The notes below the pieces were generated by a model. It ran no database searches. It saw nothing but the letters and a program-made list of their open reading frames with translations, and was not told the origin of the DNA. From positions 4,087,472-4,119,471 of the forward strand of contig NZ_CM001976.1 in the NCBI RefSeq assembly GCF_000406145.1: a stretch of 32,000 nucleotides of DNA, in the 5' to 3' direction. The position numbers and the translations under genes are program-made. The first letter of the stretch is position 1, and every line of letters starts with the position of its first letter. The stretch is from Dickeya dadantii NCPPB 898. GTDB lineage: Bacteria; Pseudomonadota; Gammaproteobacteria; Enterobacterales; Enterobacteriaceae. Positions 1 to 10,799 of the stretch are shown one piece after another.

Positions 1-268
1 TCTGGGTCGTCATGACGTCAAACTGCTCAGCCGTTACTGGACGATTACCAACGGCAACGGCAAGCAAACCGAAGTTCAGGGCGAAGGCGTGATTGGCCTT
101 CAGCCCGTCATTCAGCCGGGCAACGAATTCCAATACACCAGCGGCGCCATTCTGGAAACGCCGATGGGCACCATGGAAGGCCATTACCAGATGATTGACC
201 ATCAGGGTGAAACATTTCAGGTCCCCATTACGGTATTCCGCCTGGCCATCCCCTCACTGATACACTGA
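1..268 (+). CDS. apaG: ApaG (DUF525) protein, C-terminal part; 5' end lies outside the window
   Basis: Frame 2 is open from the window edge to TGA at 266-268. Translation [32 protein letters not shown]...[29 protein letters not shown] matches the recalled E. coli ApaG C-terminus. It sits 6 nt upstream of apaH, as in E. coli. It is absent from the ORF track because it has no start codon in the window. Confidence 0.85.
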   Translation, partial: LGRHDVKLLSRYWTITNGNGKQTEVQGEGVIGLQPVIQPGNEFQYTSGAILETPMGTMEGHYQMIDHQGETFQVPITVFRLAIPSLIH

Positions 269-274
269 AAGATT

Positions 275-1108
275 ATGGCTACCTATCTTGTCGGCGACGT
301 TCACGGCTGCGCCATCGAACTCAAAGCGCTGCTGGCGCAAGTCGCCTTTGACCCCGAGCATGACACTCTGTGGTTGACCGGCGATCTGGTCGCCCGCGGT
401 CCCGATTCGCTGGAAGTGCTGCGCTATGTCCGTTCGCTGGGCGACGCGGTGCGCATGGTGCTCGGCAACCACGATTTGCATCTGCTGGCGGTGTACGCCG
501 GCATCAGCCGCAACAAACCCAAGGATCGCCTGGATCCGCTGCTGTCGGCGCCGGATGCGGACGAGCTGATCAACTGGCTACGCCGCCAGCCGCTGCTGCA
601 GGTGGACGAGGAACGCAAGCTGGTGATGTCCCATGCCGGCATCACGCCGCAGTGGGATCTGGACACCGCCAAAATGTGCGCGCGGGAAGTGGAAGCGATC
701 CTCAGCAGCGATAGCTACCCACTGTTTCTGGACGCGATGTACGGTGACATGCCGAACCACTGGAGTCCGGAACTGAGCGGGCTGGCGCGTCTGCGGTTCA
801 GCACCAACGTATTTACCCGCATGCGCTACTGCTTCTCCGGCGGCCAGCTCGACATGCTGTGCAAGGAAGCGCCGTCGCAGGCGCCGTCCTTGTTGAAACC
901 CTGGTTCGAACTGCCGGGACCGGTATCGGCCGAATACGCCATCGCGTTCGGCCACTGGGCGTCGCTGGAAGGTAGAGGCACGCCGGAAGGCATCTACGCG
1001 CTGGATACCGGCTGCTGCTGGGGAGGCGCGCTCACCGGCCTGCGCTGGGAAGACCAGCGCTACTTCACCCAACCGTCGCTGACGGCCCCGGAAACCGACG
1101 CCATTTGA
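275..1108 (+). CDS. apaH: Bis(5'-nucleosyl)-tetraphosphatase, symmetrical (Ap4A hydrolase)
   Basis: 277-aa ORF beginning [12 protein letters not shown], with the GDLVARGP and GNHD metallophosphatase motifs. Collinear with recalled E. coli ApaH and located downstream of apaG. Confidence 0.95.
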   Translation: MATYLVGDVHGCAIELKALLAQVAFDPEHDTLWLTGDLVARGPDSLEVLRYVRSLGDAVRMVLGNHDLHLLAVYAGISRNKPKDRLDPLLSAPDADELINWLRRQPLLQVDEERKLVMSHAGITPQWDLDTAKMCAREVEAILSSDSYPLFLDAMYGDMPNHWSPELSGLARLRFSTNVFTRMRYCFSGGQLDMLCKEAPSQAPSLLKPWFELPGPVSAEYAIAFGHWASLEGRGTPEGIYALDTGCCWGGALTGLRWEDQRYFTQPSLTAPETDAI

Positions 1109-1111
1109 TGT

Positions 1112-1135
1112 ATCCGGCGGCGGTTGTCGCCGGAT
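1112..1135 (+). terminator. REP-like hairpin just after the apaH stop, with no U-tract
   Basis: ATCCGGCG (1112-1119) pairs with CGCCGGAT (1128-1135) around an 8-nt loop, 4 nt after the apaH stop. It contains the CCGGAT motif typical of enterobacterial REP sequences. The lack of a T-run makes its role as an intrinsic terminator uncertain. Confidence 0.35.
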
Positions 1136-1271
1136 ATCGCACGCCTGCCCCGATCTACAACATTACGCCCCGATCACACCGCCGTCTTCTCGGGTGAACA
1201 TGATGACCAAAGTCGATGCTGGACTAAGCGGGCCGATCGCTACCATCCAGCCATGCCGATATCGCCAAAGC

Positions 1272-2342
1272 TCAATGCTGATAAGGTTTCCTCATCACAG
1301 ATAAAATTGCCGCTACCTTTTTTCCTGCCCGAATCGAAGGCGTTTCAATCCATGTGAACATAACTGATGACATTAGGATACTGCCGGCAATAGAGAGCAT
1401 AAATATTGCCATTCTTTCGATAGATGTCGCTGAGTCTGATAAATGGTTTTTTAAAAAAACCATTACAGGATAATGAACGAGATAAAGTGAATAGGAGATG
1501 CCCCCGAGAAAAGTCAGTATCCGACTATTTCCTGTCTCATTGTTACCATTCAGTATAATGGCCGAAATCATGATAACCAACGCCAACCAGAAACCGCCAC
1601 TCAAGCCAAAAACCTGTGGACCAACAATAACAGCACCAGCTGCTGCAGCAGCGAAGGCTATTTTCGCAACGGTCCGGCTGCAAGGTGATTTATTGATTCT
1701 CCCCCTGATCATTAATTCAGCCAGCAACATACCAGCAATGAATTCAAACATGATGGTATTACTTATTAATTTAATCCAAGCTTGCCACCAGTGTGTAACC
1801 ATAATATCCGGCGACACCTGTGATGAGAAATTAAAATTGCCGTTGTAGTACAGCTGAAAACCTGTCATGGCGGCCACAAAAACCAGCGTGCAAATGTAGC
1901 TGCGATAGCGGTAATTGATGTACATCGATACAGAAAAAATAAAGTAGAACATTATTTCGTAGGATAACGTCCACGGAGGGCCAAGAGCACTGTAGCCGAA
2001 GGTTGGTCCTGGCTGGCTGTAATCCTGCAGGCAAAAATAGAGTGTACATGCCATCTGACTAAAACTTCTTTCATTGTACACAAAAATAAAAGAAAACAGC
2101 CAAACGAAAAAAAAGACCGGCCATATGCGAAAGAAGCGTTTAACTATAAATGCAACCGGACTGCCAGGTGTATGATAGGTAATGAATGTCATGATAAAAC
2201 CGCTAATTATAAAAAAAACATCCACACCAAGCGCGCCAGGAATGCGCTTTGTCCACTCACTTCCCAGCATTGAAGAATTATGCGCCACGACTACAAGCAA
2301 AGCAGCCAGCCCGCGCAAATACTGAATTGATAAAATTTTCAT
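1272..2342 (-). CDS. Integral-membrane acyltransferase family 3 protein (AT3 / OafA-Oac-like O-acyltransferase), AT3 domain only
   Basis: The ORF is open over 1272-2384. The product is highly hydrophobic and multi-TM. It carries AT3 hallmarks: an N-terminal LRGLAALLVVVAHN (TM1 His) and VDVFFIISGF. The family-typical N-terminus begins at the internal ATG at 2342 (MKILSIQYLRG), but the ATG at 2384 is possible. The gene is visibly AT-rich compared with its flanks. Confidence 0.8.
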   Translation of the reverse strand: MKILSIQYLRGLAALLVVVAHNSSMLGSEWTKRIPGALGVDVFFIISGFIMTFITYHTPGSPVAFIVKRFFRIWPVFFFVWLFSFIFVYNERSFSQMACTLYFCLQDYSQPGPTFGYSALGPPWTLSYEIMFYFIFSVSMYINYRYRSYICTLVFVAAMTGFQLYYNGNFNFSSQVSPDIMVTHWWQAWIKLISNTIMFEFIAGMLLAELMIRGRINKSPCSRTVAKIAFAAAAAGAVIVGPQVFGLSGGFWLALVIMISAIILNGNNETGNSRILTFLGGISYSLYLVHYPVMVFLKNHLSDSATSIERMAIFMLSIAGSILMSSVMFTWIETPSIRAGKKVAAILSVMRKPYQH

Positions 2343-2711
2343 ATACTGACAGTCCTTTATCTCCTTAACCTTTATACCCATCATACTTCAAGGTACCGGT
2401 GTGTTGGCGGCGTTCCTGCAACCCGGATAATCTTGGGTATAGCTCCTGAGAATTTATTTATAGGCCATTTTTCAATATTAACATAGCGAAAAATAAAGAA
2501 ATGCTGGTGACAATGTAAGAGAGTAAAGTAGATAGGGTATAACGCAATCAGCCTGTTTGCTGCCAGGTTTCAGATTCCTTGATAAGTAAGTCGGATTATT
2601 AACCTGATGAATAAGCTGAACTTCAGCTTATTCAAATAATGTTCTTCCTGAGTATGACCCGGTTGAAAACAGGAAGGCGGTTCTGGTGTAAGGCTTACAC
2701 ATATAGATACA

Positions 2712-2750
2712 TTAAAATAAAAAAAGAAAAACCCGCTCGATGAGCGGGTC
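2712..2750 (-). terminator. Rho-independent terminator (distal copy of the duplicated hairpin, with a U-tract)
   Basis: The minus strand reads GACCCGCTCATCGAGCGGGTTTTTCTTTTTTTATTTT. This is a 7-bp GC-rich stem (2731-2749) followed by a long T-run. It would stop minus-strand transcription from folA and the element before it reaches the acyltransferase region. Confidence 0.6.
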
Positions 2751-2766
2751 AGATTGCTGACAAACA
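2750..2766. repeat. Left terminal inverted repeat of the non-coding element
   Basis: CAGATTGCTGACAAACA matches the reverse complement of 3157-3173 (GAGGCTGTTGACAAACA) at 13 of 17 positions, including a perfect 9-mer TGACAAACA (2758-2766). It directly abuts the 20-nt duplicated hairpin. Confidence 0.55.
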
Positions 2767-3156
2767 CCTTGATTATCGGTGAGTGGGTTTTTCTGGCGTC
2801 CCAAACAGTGCTGAGGTGGACGACTTCGCCGGGTGAGCCGCATGGACGCGGCGAAAGCCCGTGTCGCGTCGGACAAAAACGCCGGGAGCGTTTTTGAACA
2901 GCGTTTACGCTGGCCCGTAGGGCGAGCCACATGGATGGGGCGAGTAAACGCGTCACGGGTGGCCCGAGTAGCGAAGTCGAACGCCGAAGGTAGCGCGTAG
3001 CGCCACTGTTTAGCCACCAGCCAGTGGTCAAGGAGAGGCGGCGTTTGAGCCTCTCCTTGTCGTGCGTGCGATAAAGTGGCAAAGAAATTATACCGCTTAT
3101 CCCGCACGAAACTATTCACTGACCGGACAAATTCACAATTCATAAAACAACATGGC

Positions 3157-3173
3157 TGTTTGTCAACAGCCTC
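3157..3173. repeat. Right terminal inverted repeat of the non-coding element
   Basis: TGTTTGTCAACAGCCTC is the inverted partner of 2750-2766. It is part of a local hairpin, GGCTG/CAGCC, at 3154-3171. Confidence 0.55.
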
Positions 3174-3193
3174 AACCCGCTCGATGAGCGGGT
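3174..3193 (-). other. Proximal copy of the duplicated hairpin, 24 nt after the folA stop, with no U-tract on the folA strand
   Basis: Identical 20-mer to 2730-2749. On the minus strand it is followed by TGAGGCTG rather than a T-run, so it is probably a weak terminator by itself. Confidence 0.45.
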
Positions 3194-3216
3194 TTGAGAT
3201 GGCGAATCAGCGGCAA

Positions 3217-3699
3217 TCAACGTCGTTCGAGGATCTCGAAGCAATAGCTGTGGGAATTTTGTTCGTCCGCGTCATGAAACTCGCTAAAAGTGGACACCCA
3301 CTCGTCCGGCTCGTAATCCGGGAAATGGGTATCACCCTCCACCTCGGCGTCGATGTGGGTCAGATAGAGACGGCCGGCTTGCGGCAACATCTGTTGATAG
3401 ATACTACCGCCGCCGATCACCATAACTTCGTCTACCTCGCCAGCCGCCACCAGCGCCGCTTCCAGCGAAGCCGCCCAGGTGACGCGGTCATCGTCGCCCG
3501 GCTGGCTGCTCACCACAATATTCAACCGCCCCGGCAGCGGCCGACCGATGGAGCGGAACGTGTTGCGCCCCATAATCACGGGCTTGTTGAGCGTATTGCG
3601 CTTAAACCACGCCAAATCGGCCGGCAAATGCCACGGCATGGCGTTCTCCATACCGATAACACGATCTACTGCCAATGCGGCAATCAAACTAATCACCAT
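3217..3699 (-). CDS. folA: Dihydrofolate reductase
   Basis: 160-aa [48 protein letters not shown]...[12 protein letters not shown], nearly collinear with recalled E. coli FolA (159 aa). Confidence 0.97.
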   Translation of the reverse strand: MVISLIAALAVDRVIGMENAMPWHLPADLAWFKRNTLNKPVIMGRNTFRSIGRPLPGRLNIVVSSQPGDDDRVTWAASLEAALVAAGEVDEVMVIGGGSIYQQMLPQAGRLYLTHIDAEVEGDTHFPDYEPDEWVSTFSEFHDADEQNSHSYCFEILERR

Positions 3700-3806
3700 G
3701 GTAAAACCCTGCAGGCTACAAAATTGGTGCCACTATACGGAAAGCCCATTGATGCGTCGATATGATTACCGGGTCGCTGCCCAATATTTAAGAGAACACC
3801 GAATCC

Positions 3807-4277
3807 TTATACTCCCGGCCGTTTACGATAAATCCAGATCCCCGGCAACGATAGCCCGATGGAGAGCGCGCCGACGATAAAACTGGCCTTCAGGAAGTTG
3901 GTGATCAGCATTTGCATCAACGCTTCGCTGTACCCCTGATGGGAAAGCTGCACCACCGAAATCATCGCCGTGTAGGCTGAAATACCGGGGAACATTGGGA
4001 TCACCGCCGCAACGGTAAACACTTTGGGATGTGCCAGAAACCAGCGCGACCAGCGAATACCGATGATACCCACCATGATCGACGCCACGAAGGTCGCCCA
4101 TTCGATGGGGATACCAAAGTGAATCATCAGGAAACGTACGCCGTGCCCCAGCCCGCCCAGCAACGCGCAATAAGGCAATGCCTTCACCGGCACGTTAAAT
4201 ACCATAGCGAACCCTACCGCCGGCACCGCCGCCAGCACCATGTCCTGAATCAACGCCCAAATCAGTTCAATGACCAT
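3807..4277 (-). CDS. yjjB: Threonine/serine-exporter-family membrane protein YjjB (small subunit of the YjjPB exporter)
   Basis: Strong similarity to recalled E. coli YjjB (…[18 protein letters not shown]…[26 protein letters not shown]…YRKRP). The start is set at the ATG at 4277 (MVIELIW), which aligns with E. coli MGVIEFLL. The ORF track starts at 4292. It overlaps the yjjP stop, consistent with translational coupling. Confidence 0.8.
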   Translation of the reverse strand: MVIELIWALIQDMVLAAVPAVGFAMVFNVPVKALPYCALLGGLGHGVRFLMIHFGIPIEWATFVASIMVGIIGIRWSRWFLAHPKVFTVAAVIPMFPGISAYTAMISVVQLSHQGYSEALMQMLITNFLKASFIVGALSIGLSLPGIWIYRKRPGV

Positions 4278-5044
4278 CCGTGCAGCCCCCATATCGCCAT
4301 TGCCGTGACCACGCCAATACAGGTCGCCAGCGTCAGCAGGCTGGCCATCGTCCAGCGCGCCAGACCGGTGTTGACATGGCCTTTGAACATATCCGCCACC
4401 GCATTGATCAACGGGAAGCCGGGCACCAGCAGCAGCACGCTGGCGGCCATCGCCACGGAGGAGCTGTGCTCCAGACCGGGCACACGCATCAGCAGCCCGG
4501 ACGCCGACGTCGCCACAAAGGCGGTAATGCAGAAGTTAATCAACGGATTGAGATGCCGGGCGGTCAGCACCTGCCGCACATACATCGCCATGCCGCTGGC
4601 GAGCAACGTGACCAGAAACGCATCCCAGCCGCCGCCGTTCAGACGGCTGAAGCAGCCGCACGACAGCGCCACGATCGTCACCATCAGCCAGCGCGGATAA
4701 CGCAACGGTTTGATATGACTGAAACGCTTTGCCACCCCGTCCACATCCAGCAGCTTATGTTCAGCCATGATCACCACGTGCTGCACTTCGGTCACCACGT
4801 GCATATTGATGCCGCGATCCACATTTTTACGGGTGGAGGTCAGGCAATGCCCTTGCATGATGGTGGTCAGCACAATCGCGTTAGCCGAAATCGAGCTTTC
4901 CACACTGTCCATCCCCAGCGCAACGCCGAGCCGCGATGACAGCTGCTCGACCAACATACTTTCCGCGCCATGCTGTAACAGCAACAGCGCGCACTGAATA
5001 CACAACCGGGTAATATCCCGCTGCTGTGTGGTTTCATTTACCAT
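4262..5044 (-). CDS. yjjP: Threonine/serine-exporter-family membrane protein YjjP (ThrE-like; reported dicarboxylate/succinate exporter with YjjB)
   Basis: The 260-aa ORF is collinear with recalled E. coli YjjP ([43 protein letters not shown]…[27 protein letters not shown]). Confidence 0.8.
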   Translation of the reverse strand: MVNETTQQRDITRLCIQCALLLLQHGAESMLVEQLSSRLGVALGMDSVESSISANAIVLTTIMQGHCLTSTRKNVDRGINMHVVTEVQHVVIMAEHKLLDVDGVAKRFSHIKPLRYPRWLMVTIVALSCGCFSRLNGGGWDAFLVTLLASGMAMYVRQVLTARHLNPLINFCITAFVATSASGLLMRVPGLEHSSSVAMAASVLLLVPGFPLINAVADMFKGHVNTGLARWTMASLLTLATCIGVVTAMAIWGLHGWSLN

Positions 5045-5205
5045 GTTACGTTCCCGTCCCCTGCCTTGAATACAACCACTATAAGCGTGGTTTTTATAAG
5101 TTTATTAACATTTCAAATCGATGATTGATAGTGCGAAAAAATGCCACCGACGGTATTATGCCCACCTTTTTCCGTCGGTTCCTTGATTGTCATTCTGAAT
5201 CCATC

Positions 5206-5820
5206 ATGCTTGAAACCTCTTTATTCGTTGCGACCATCGCCGCGCTGGGGATGATCTCCCCCGGTCCTGACTTCTTTTTAGTGATCAAAAACGCGGTCCG
5301 CTACCCGCGGCTGGCCGCCATGATGACCGCCGTCGGCGTGATTGCCGGCGTCGCCACCCACATGGCCTACTGCGTCGCCGGGCTGGCGGTGGTCATCACC
5401 ACCACGCCCTGGCTGTTTAGCCTGCTGAAATACGTCGGCGCCGCCTACCTGATCTGGCTGGGCATTCAGGCGTTGCGCTCACGCGGCGGCAACACGCTGG
5501 ATCTGTCCGGCCTGGCGCCACAGCGCGTCGGGCTATGGAAAGCGTTTATTCAGGGCTACCTCTGCAACCTGCTGAACCCGAAAGCCACGCTGTTTTTTCT
5601 GGCGGTGTTTACCCAAGTGCTGAGCCTGAATTCCAGCGTTGGTGAAAAACTGTGGTACGCCGGGATCATCTGGGGGCTGACGCTGGTCTGGTGGCCGTTG
5701 CTGGTTATCCTGATCCAAAGCGAACCGGTGCGTCGCGGCCTGACCAAAGCCCAGAAGCTAATCGACAAGCTGCTGGGCGGCGTGCTGATCAGCCTCGGCA
5801 TCAAAGTCGCCTTAAGCTAA
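5206..5820 (+). CDS. LysE/RhtB-family amino-acid efflux protein
   Basis: 204-aa product from the ATG at 5206 (MLETSLFVATIAALGMISPGPDFFLVIKNA…). The size, the roughly 6-TM hydrophobic pattern and the N-terminal PGPD motif fit the LysE/RhtB family. The ORF-track start at 5125 adds 27 non-homologous residues. Confidence 0.8.
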   Translation: MLETSLFVATIAALGMISPGPDFFLVIKNAVRYPRLAAMMTAVGVIAGVATHMAYCVAGLAVVITTTPWLFSLLKYVGAAYLIWLGIQALRSRGGNTLDLSGLAPQRVGLWKAFIQGYLCNLLNPKATLFFLAVFTQVLSLNSSVGEKLWYAGIIWGLTLVWWPLLVILIQSEPVRRGLTKAQKLIDKLLGGVLISLGIKVALS

Positions 5821-5841
5821 ACATCCCCCCGGATGCAGACG

Positions 5842-5871
5842 AAAAAAAAACCGGCCAGATAACTGACCGGT
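5842..5871 (-). terminator. carB rho-independent terminator
   Basis: The minus strand reads AAACCGGTCAGTTATCTGGCCGGTTTTTTTTT. The stem is 9 bp with one mismatch and is followed by a 9-nt T-run. Confidence 0.65.
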
Positions 5872-5885
5872 TTTGCCTCTCGCTG

Positions 5886-5915
5886 AACCGTGCCGGAACC
5901 GGCACGGTTTTTTTT
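5886..5915 (+). terminator. Rho-independent terminator of the LysE-family gene
   Basis: AACCGTGCCGG-AA-CCGGCACGGTT followed by TTTTTTT on the plus strand. It lies convergent with, and adjacent to, the carB stop. Confidence 0.65.
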
Positions 5916-5920
5916 ACCCA

Positions 5921-9145
<3,225 letters not shown>

Positions 9146-9237
9146 TTTTCGCTCCTGCGAACCCGTTTACTCACCGCCGCGCCGGCGCTTCCGCCATATT
9201 CTTTCTCTCTATCGCAGCGTGACTAAACGGATTCTGA

Positions 9238-10383
9238 TTATTTGGTGTTACGGTAAGACTCAATCAGCTCGATGAAGTGATCGAACAGCGGCGCGGCATC
9301 ATGCGGGCCGGGGCTGGCTTCCGGGTGACCCTGGAAACTGAACGCCGCTTTATCGGTGCGGTGAATGCCCTGCAGCGAACCGTCGAACAGCGACTTATGC
9401 GTCGTGCGCAGCGTGGCGGGCAGAGACGTCTCGTCTACCGCAAACCCGTGGTTTTGCGCGGTGATCATCACCCGGTTGCCGTCCAGATCTTTGACCGGAT
9501 GGTTACCGCCGTGGTGGCCGAATTTCATCTTGACGGTTTTCGCGCCGCTGGCCAGCGCCAGCAACTGGTGGCCCAGACAGATGCCGAACACCGGAATCTC
9601 GGTTTCCAGGAAGGTTTTGATCGCGCTGATGGCGTAATCGCACGGCTCCGGATCGCCAGGGCCGTTGGACAGGAAAATGCCGTCCGGGTTGAGCTTCAGC
9701 ACTTCTTCCGCCGGGGTTTGCGCCGGCACTACCGTCAGGCGGCAGCCGCGATCCACCAGCATGCGCAGGATATTGCGCTTCACGCCGTAATCGTACGCCA
9801 CCACGTGGTACGGCAGTTCACTCTCTTCTTTCGCTGCCGGCAGCTCGCCTTCCAGCGTCCAACTGCCCTGCAACCAGCTATAGCTGGAGTGGGTGGTGAC
9901 TTCTTTCGCCAGATCCATGCCTTTCAGGCCGGGGAACGCCTTGGCTTTTTCCAACGCCAGTGCCGCATCCGGCGCATCGCCCGCGATGATGCAGCCGTTC
10001 TGCGCGCCTTTTTCACGCAGCAGTCGCGTCAGTTTGCGGGTGTCGATGTCCGCAATCGCCACAATGTTGTTGCGCTTGAGGTAATCAGACAGGCTTTCTT
10101 CGCTGCGGTAGTTGCTGGCAATCAGGGGTAAATCGCGGATGACCAGGCCCTGAGCATGAACGGCGGGGGATTCTTCATCGGCTTTATTGGCGCCGACATT
10201 ACCGATATGGGGATAAGTAAGAGTGACAATCTGGCGGGAATAGGAAGGATCAGTGAGGATTTCTTGATAACCGGTCATTGACGTATTGAAAACCACTTCC
10301 CCCACTGCCGTTCCCTCTGCCCCAATGGCCCGACCGTGGAATTGGGTTCCGTCTTCCAGAACCAATAGCGCTGACTTAATCAA
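9238..10383 (-). CDS. carA: Carbamoyl-phosphate synthase small (glutamine amidotransferase) subunit, TTG start
   Basis: Collinear with recalled E. coli CarA ([21 protein letters not shown]…). The minus strand reads GGAGGGTGTTTTGATTAAGTCAGCG, so a GGAGG Shine-Dalgarno lies 5 nt before TTG at 10383. This matches the UUG start known for E. coli carA. The upstream in-frame ATG at 10410 lies inside the ARG-box operator. Confidence 0.93.
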   Translation of the reverse strand: MIKSALLVLEDGTQFHGRAIGAEGTAVGEVVFNTSMTGYQEILTDPSYSRQIVTLTYPHIGNVGANKADEESPAVHAQGLVIRDLPLIASNYRSEESLSDYLKRNNIVAIADIDTRKLTRLLREKGAQNGCIIAGDAPDAALALEKAKAFPGLKGMDLAKEVTTHSSYSWLQGSWTLEGELPAAKEESELPYHVVAYDYGVKRNILRMLVDRGCRLTVVPAQTPAEEVLKLNPDGIFLSNGPGDPEPCDYAISAIKTFLETEIPVFGICLGHQLLALASGAKTVKMKFGHHGGNHPVKDLDGNRVMITAQNHGFAVDETSLPATLRTTHKSLFDGSLQGIHRTDKAAFSFQGHPEASPGPHDAAPLFDHFIELIESYRNTK

Positions 10384-10393
10384 AACACCCTCC

Positions 10394-10432
10394 AAGGAAT
10401 AAAAAATCATGTTATTTGCATATTAATTCAGA
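10394..10432 (-). promoter_or_regulatory. ArgR operator: two 18-bp ARG boxes separated by 3 bp, overlapping the carAB P2 region
   Basis: Minus-strand TCTGAATTAATATGCAAA (10432-10415) and CATGATTTTTTATTCCTT (10411-10394) compared with the consensus TNTGAATWWWWATTCANW. The tandem boxes and 3-bp spacing are canonical. The position immediately upstream of the carA start matches E. coli carAB P2. Confidence 0.6.
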
Positions 10433-10450
10433 TTTGACGTACTAAATCAA
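10422..10450 (-). promoter_or_regulatory. Candidate sigma70 promoter carAB P2
   Basis: On the minus strand: TTGATT (10450-10445), a 17-bp spacer, then ATTAAT (10427-10422). The -10 element overlaps the distal ARG box, as expected for arginine-repressed P2. Confidence 0.45.
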
Positions 10451-10765
10451 TGCAAAAACCACCTGTAAGGCAAATTTTCGGCAAATTGCGCGCATTTTAA
10501 TGATGCCCCTGACTGTTGTCTAGCCAAACCGGATTTTTTTTCACTATTTTATGGCTTAAGAAGGTAATGCGCGGTTATACCCGTAAAAACACACATCAAC
10601 TCTCGAAAGTAAACGGTTGCCAGCGTCAATGATTGATAGAATGATTAAAATCACGCCAAAATCGCTAAACCGAATCGTAAATGGCTGACACACAGATGAG
10701 AAAAAGACAGATAACACCAATAAAAATATGCTTTGATAAAAATAAGACACGAAACCAGTATTTTT

Positions 10766-10799
10766 ACACAAAAATAATGGCGCTAATTTTAGCGCCATT
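10766..10799 (-). terminator. dapB rho-independent terminator
   Basis: The minus strand reads AATGGCGCTAAAATTAGCGCCATTATTTTTGTG. This is a 9-bp stem followed by a T-run, about 40 nt after the dapB stop. Confidence 0.7.

Larger units (their letters stand above)
2750..3173. repeat. 424-bp GC-rich, hairpin-dense non-coding element (MITE-like or REP-cluster-like) between two copies of a 20-nt hairpin
   Basis: It is bounded by direct copies of AACCCGCTCGATGAGCGGGT at 2730-2749 and 3174-3193, and by the 17-nt imperfect TIRs. Inside is an imperfect direct repeat GAGCCNCATGGANGNGGCGA (2835-2854 and 2924-2943, 16/20). Strong stems occur at 2845-2870, 3003-3027 and 3030-3058. The only ORFs across it have low-complexity, R/S/P-rich translations. 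Confidence 0.5.

Noticed and set aside
1147-1175. 9-bp direct repeat GCCCCGATC occurring twice, 20 bp apart, downstream of apaH
   Set aside because: It is short, occurs only twice and has no associated structure or gene. It could mark the island boundary, but that cannot be distinguished from chance with this window alone.
2570-3143. Two minus-strand ORFs (170 aa and 143 aa) spanning the folA-downstream element
   Set aside because: They run through the terminator hairpin and the internal repeats, in two different frames. Their products are R/S/P/T-rich with no Shine-Dalgarno and no domain-like sequence. The region is better explained as structured non-coding DNA or RNA.
5146-5179. 8-bp stem (ACCGACGG/CCGTCGGT) with an 18-nt loop in the leader of the LysE-family gene, considered as an attenuator or riboswitch
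   Set aside because: It is a single modest hairpin with no U-tract and no alternative pairing. No leader peptide rich in a regulatory amino acid is present, and it does not resemble any riboswitch I know.
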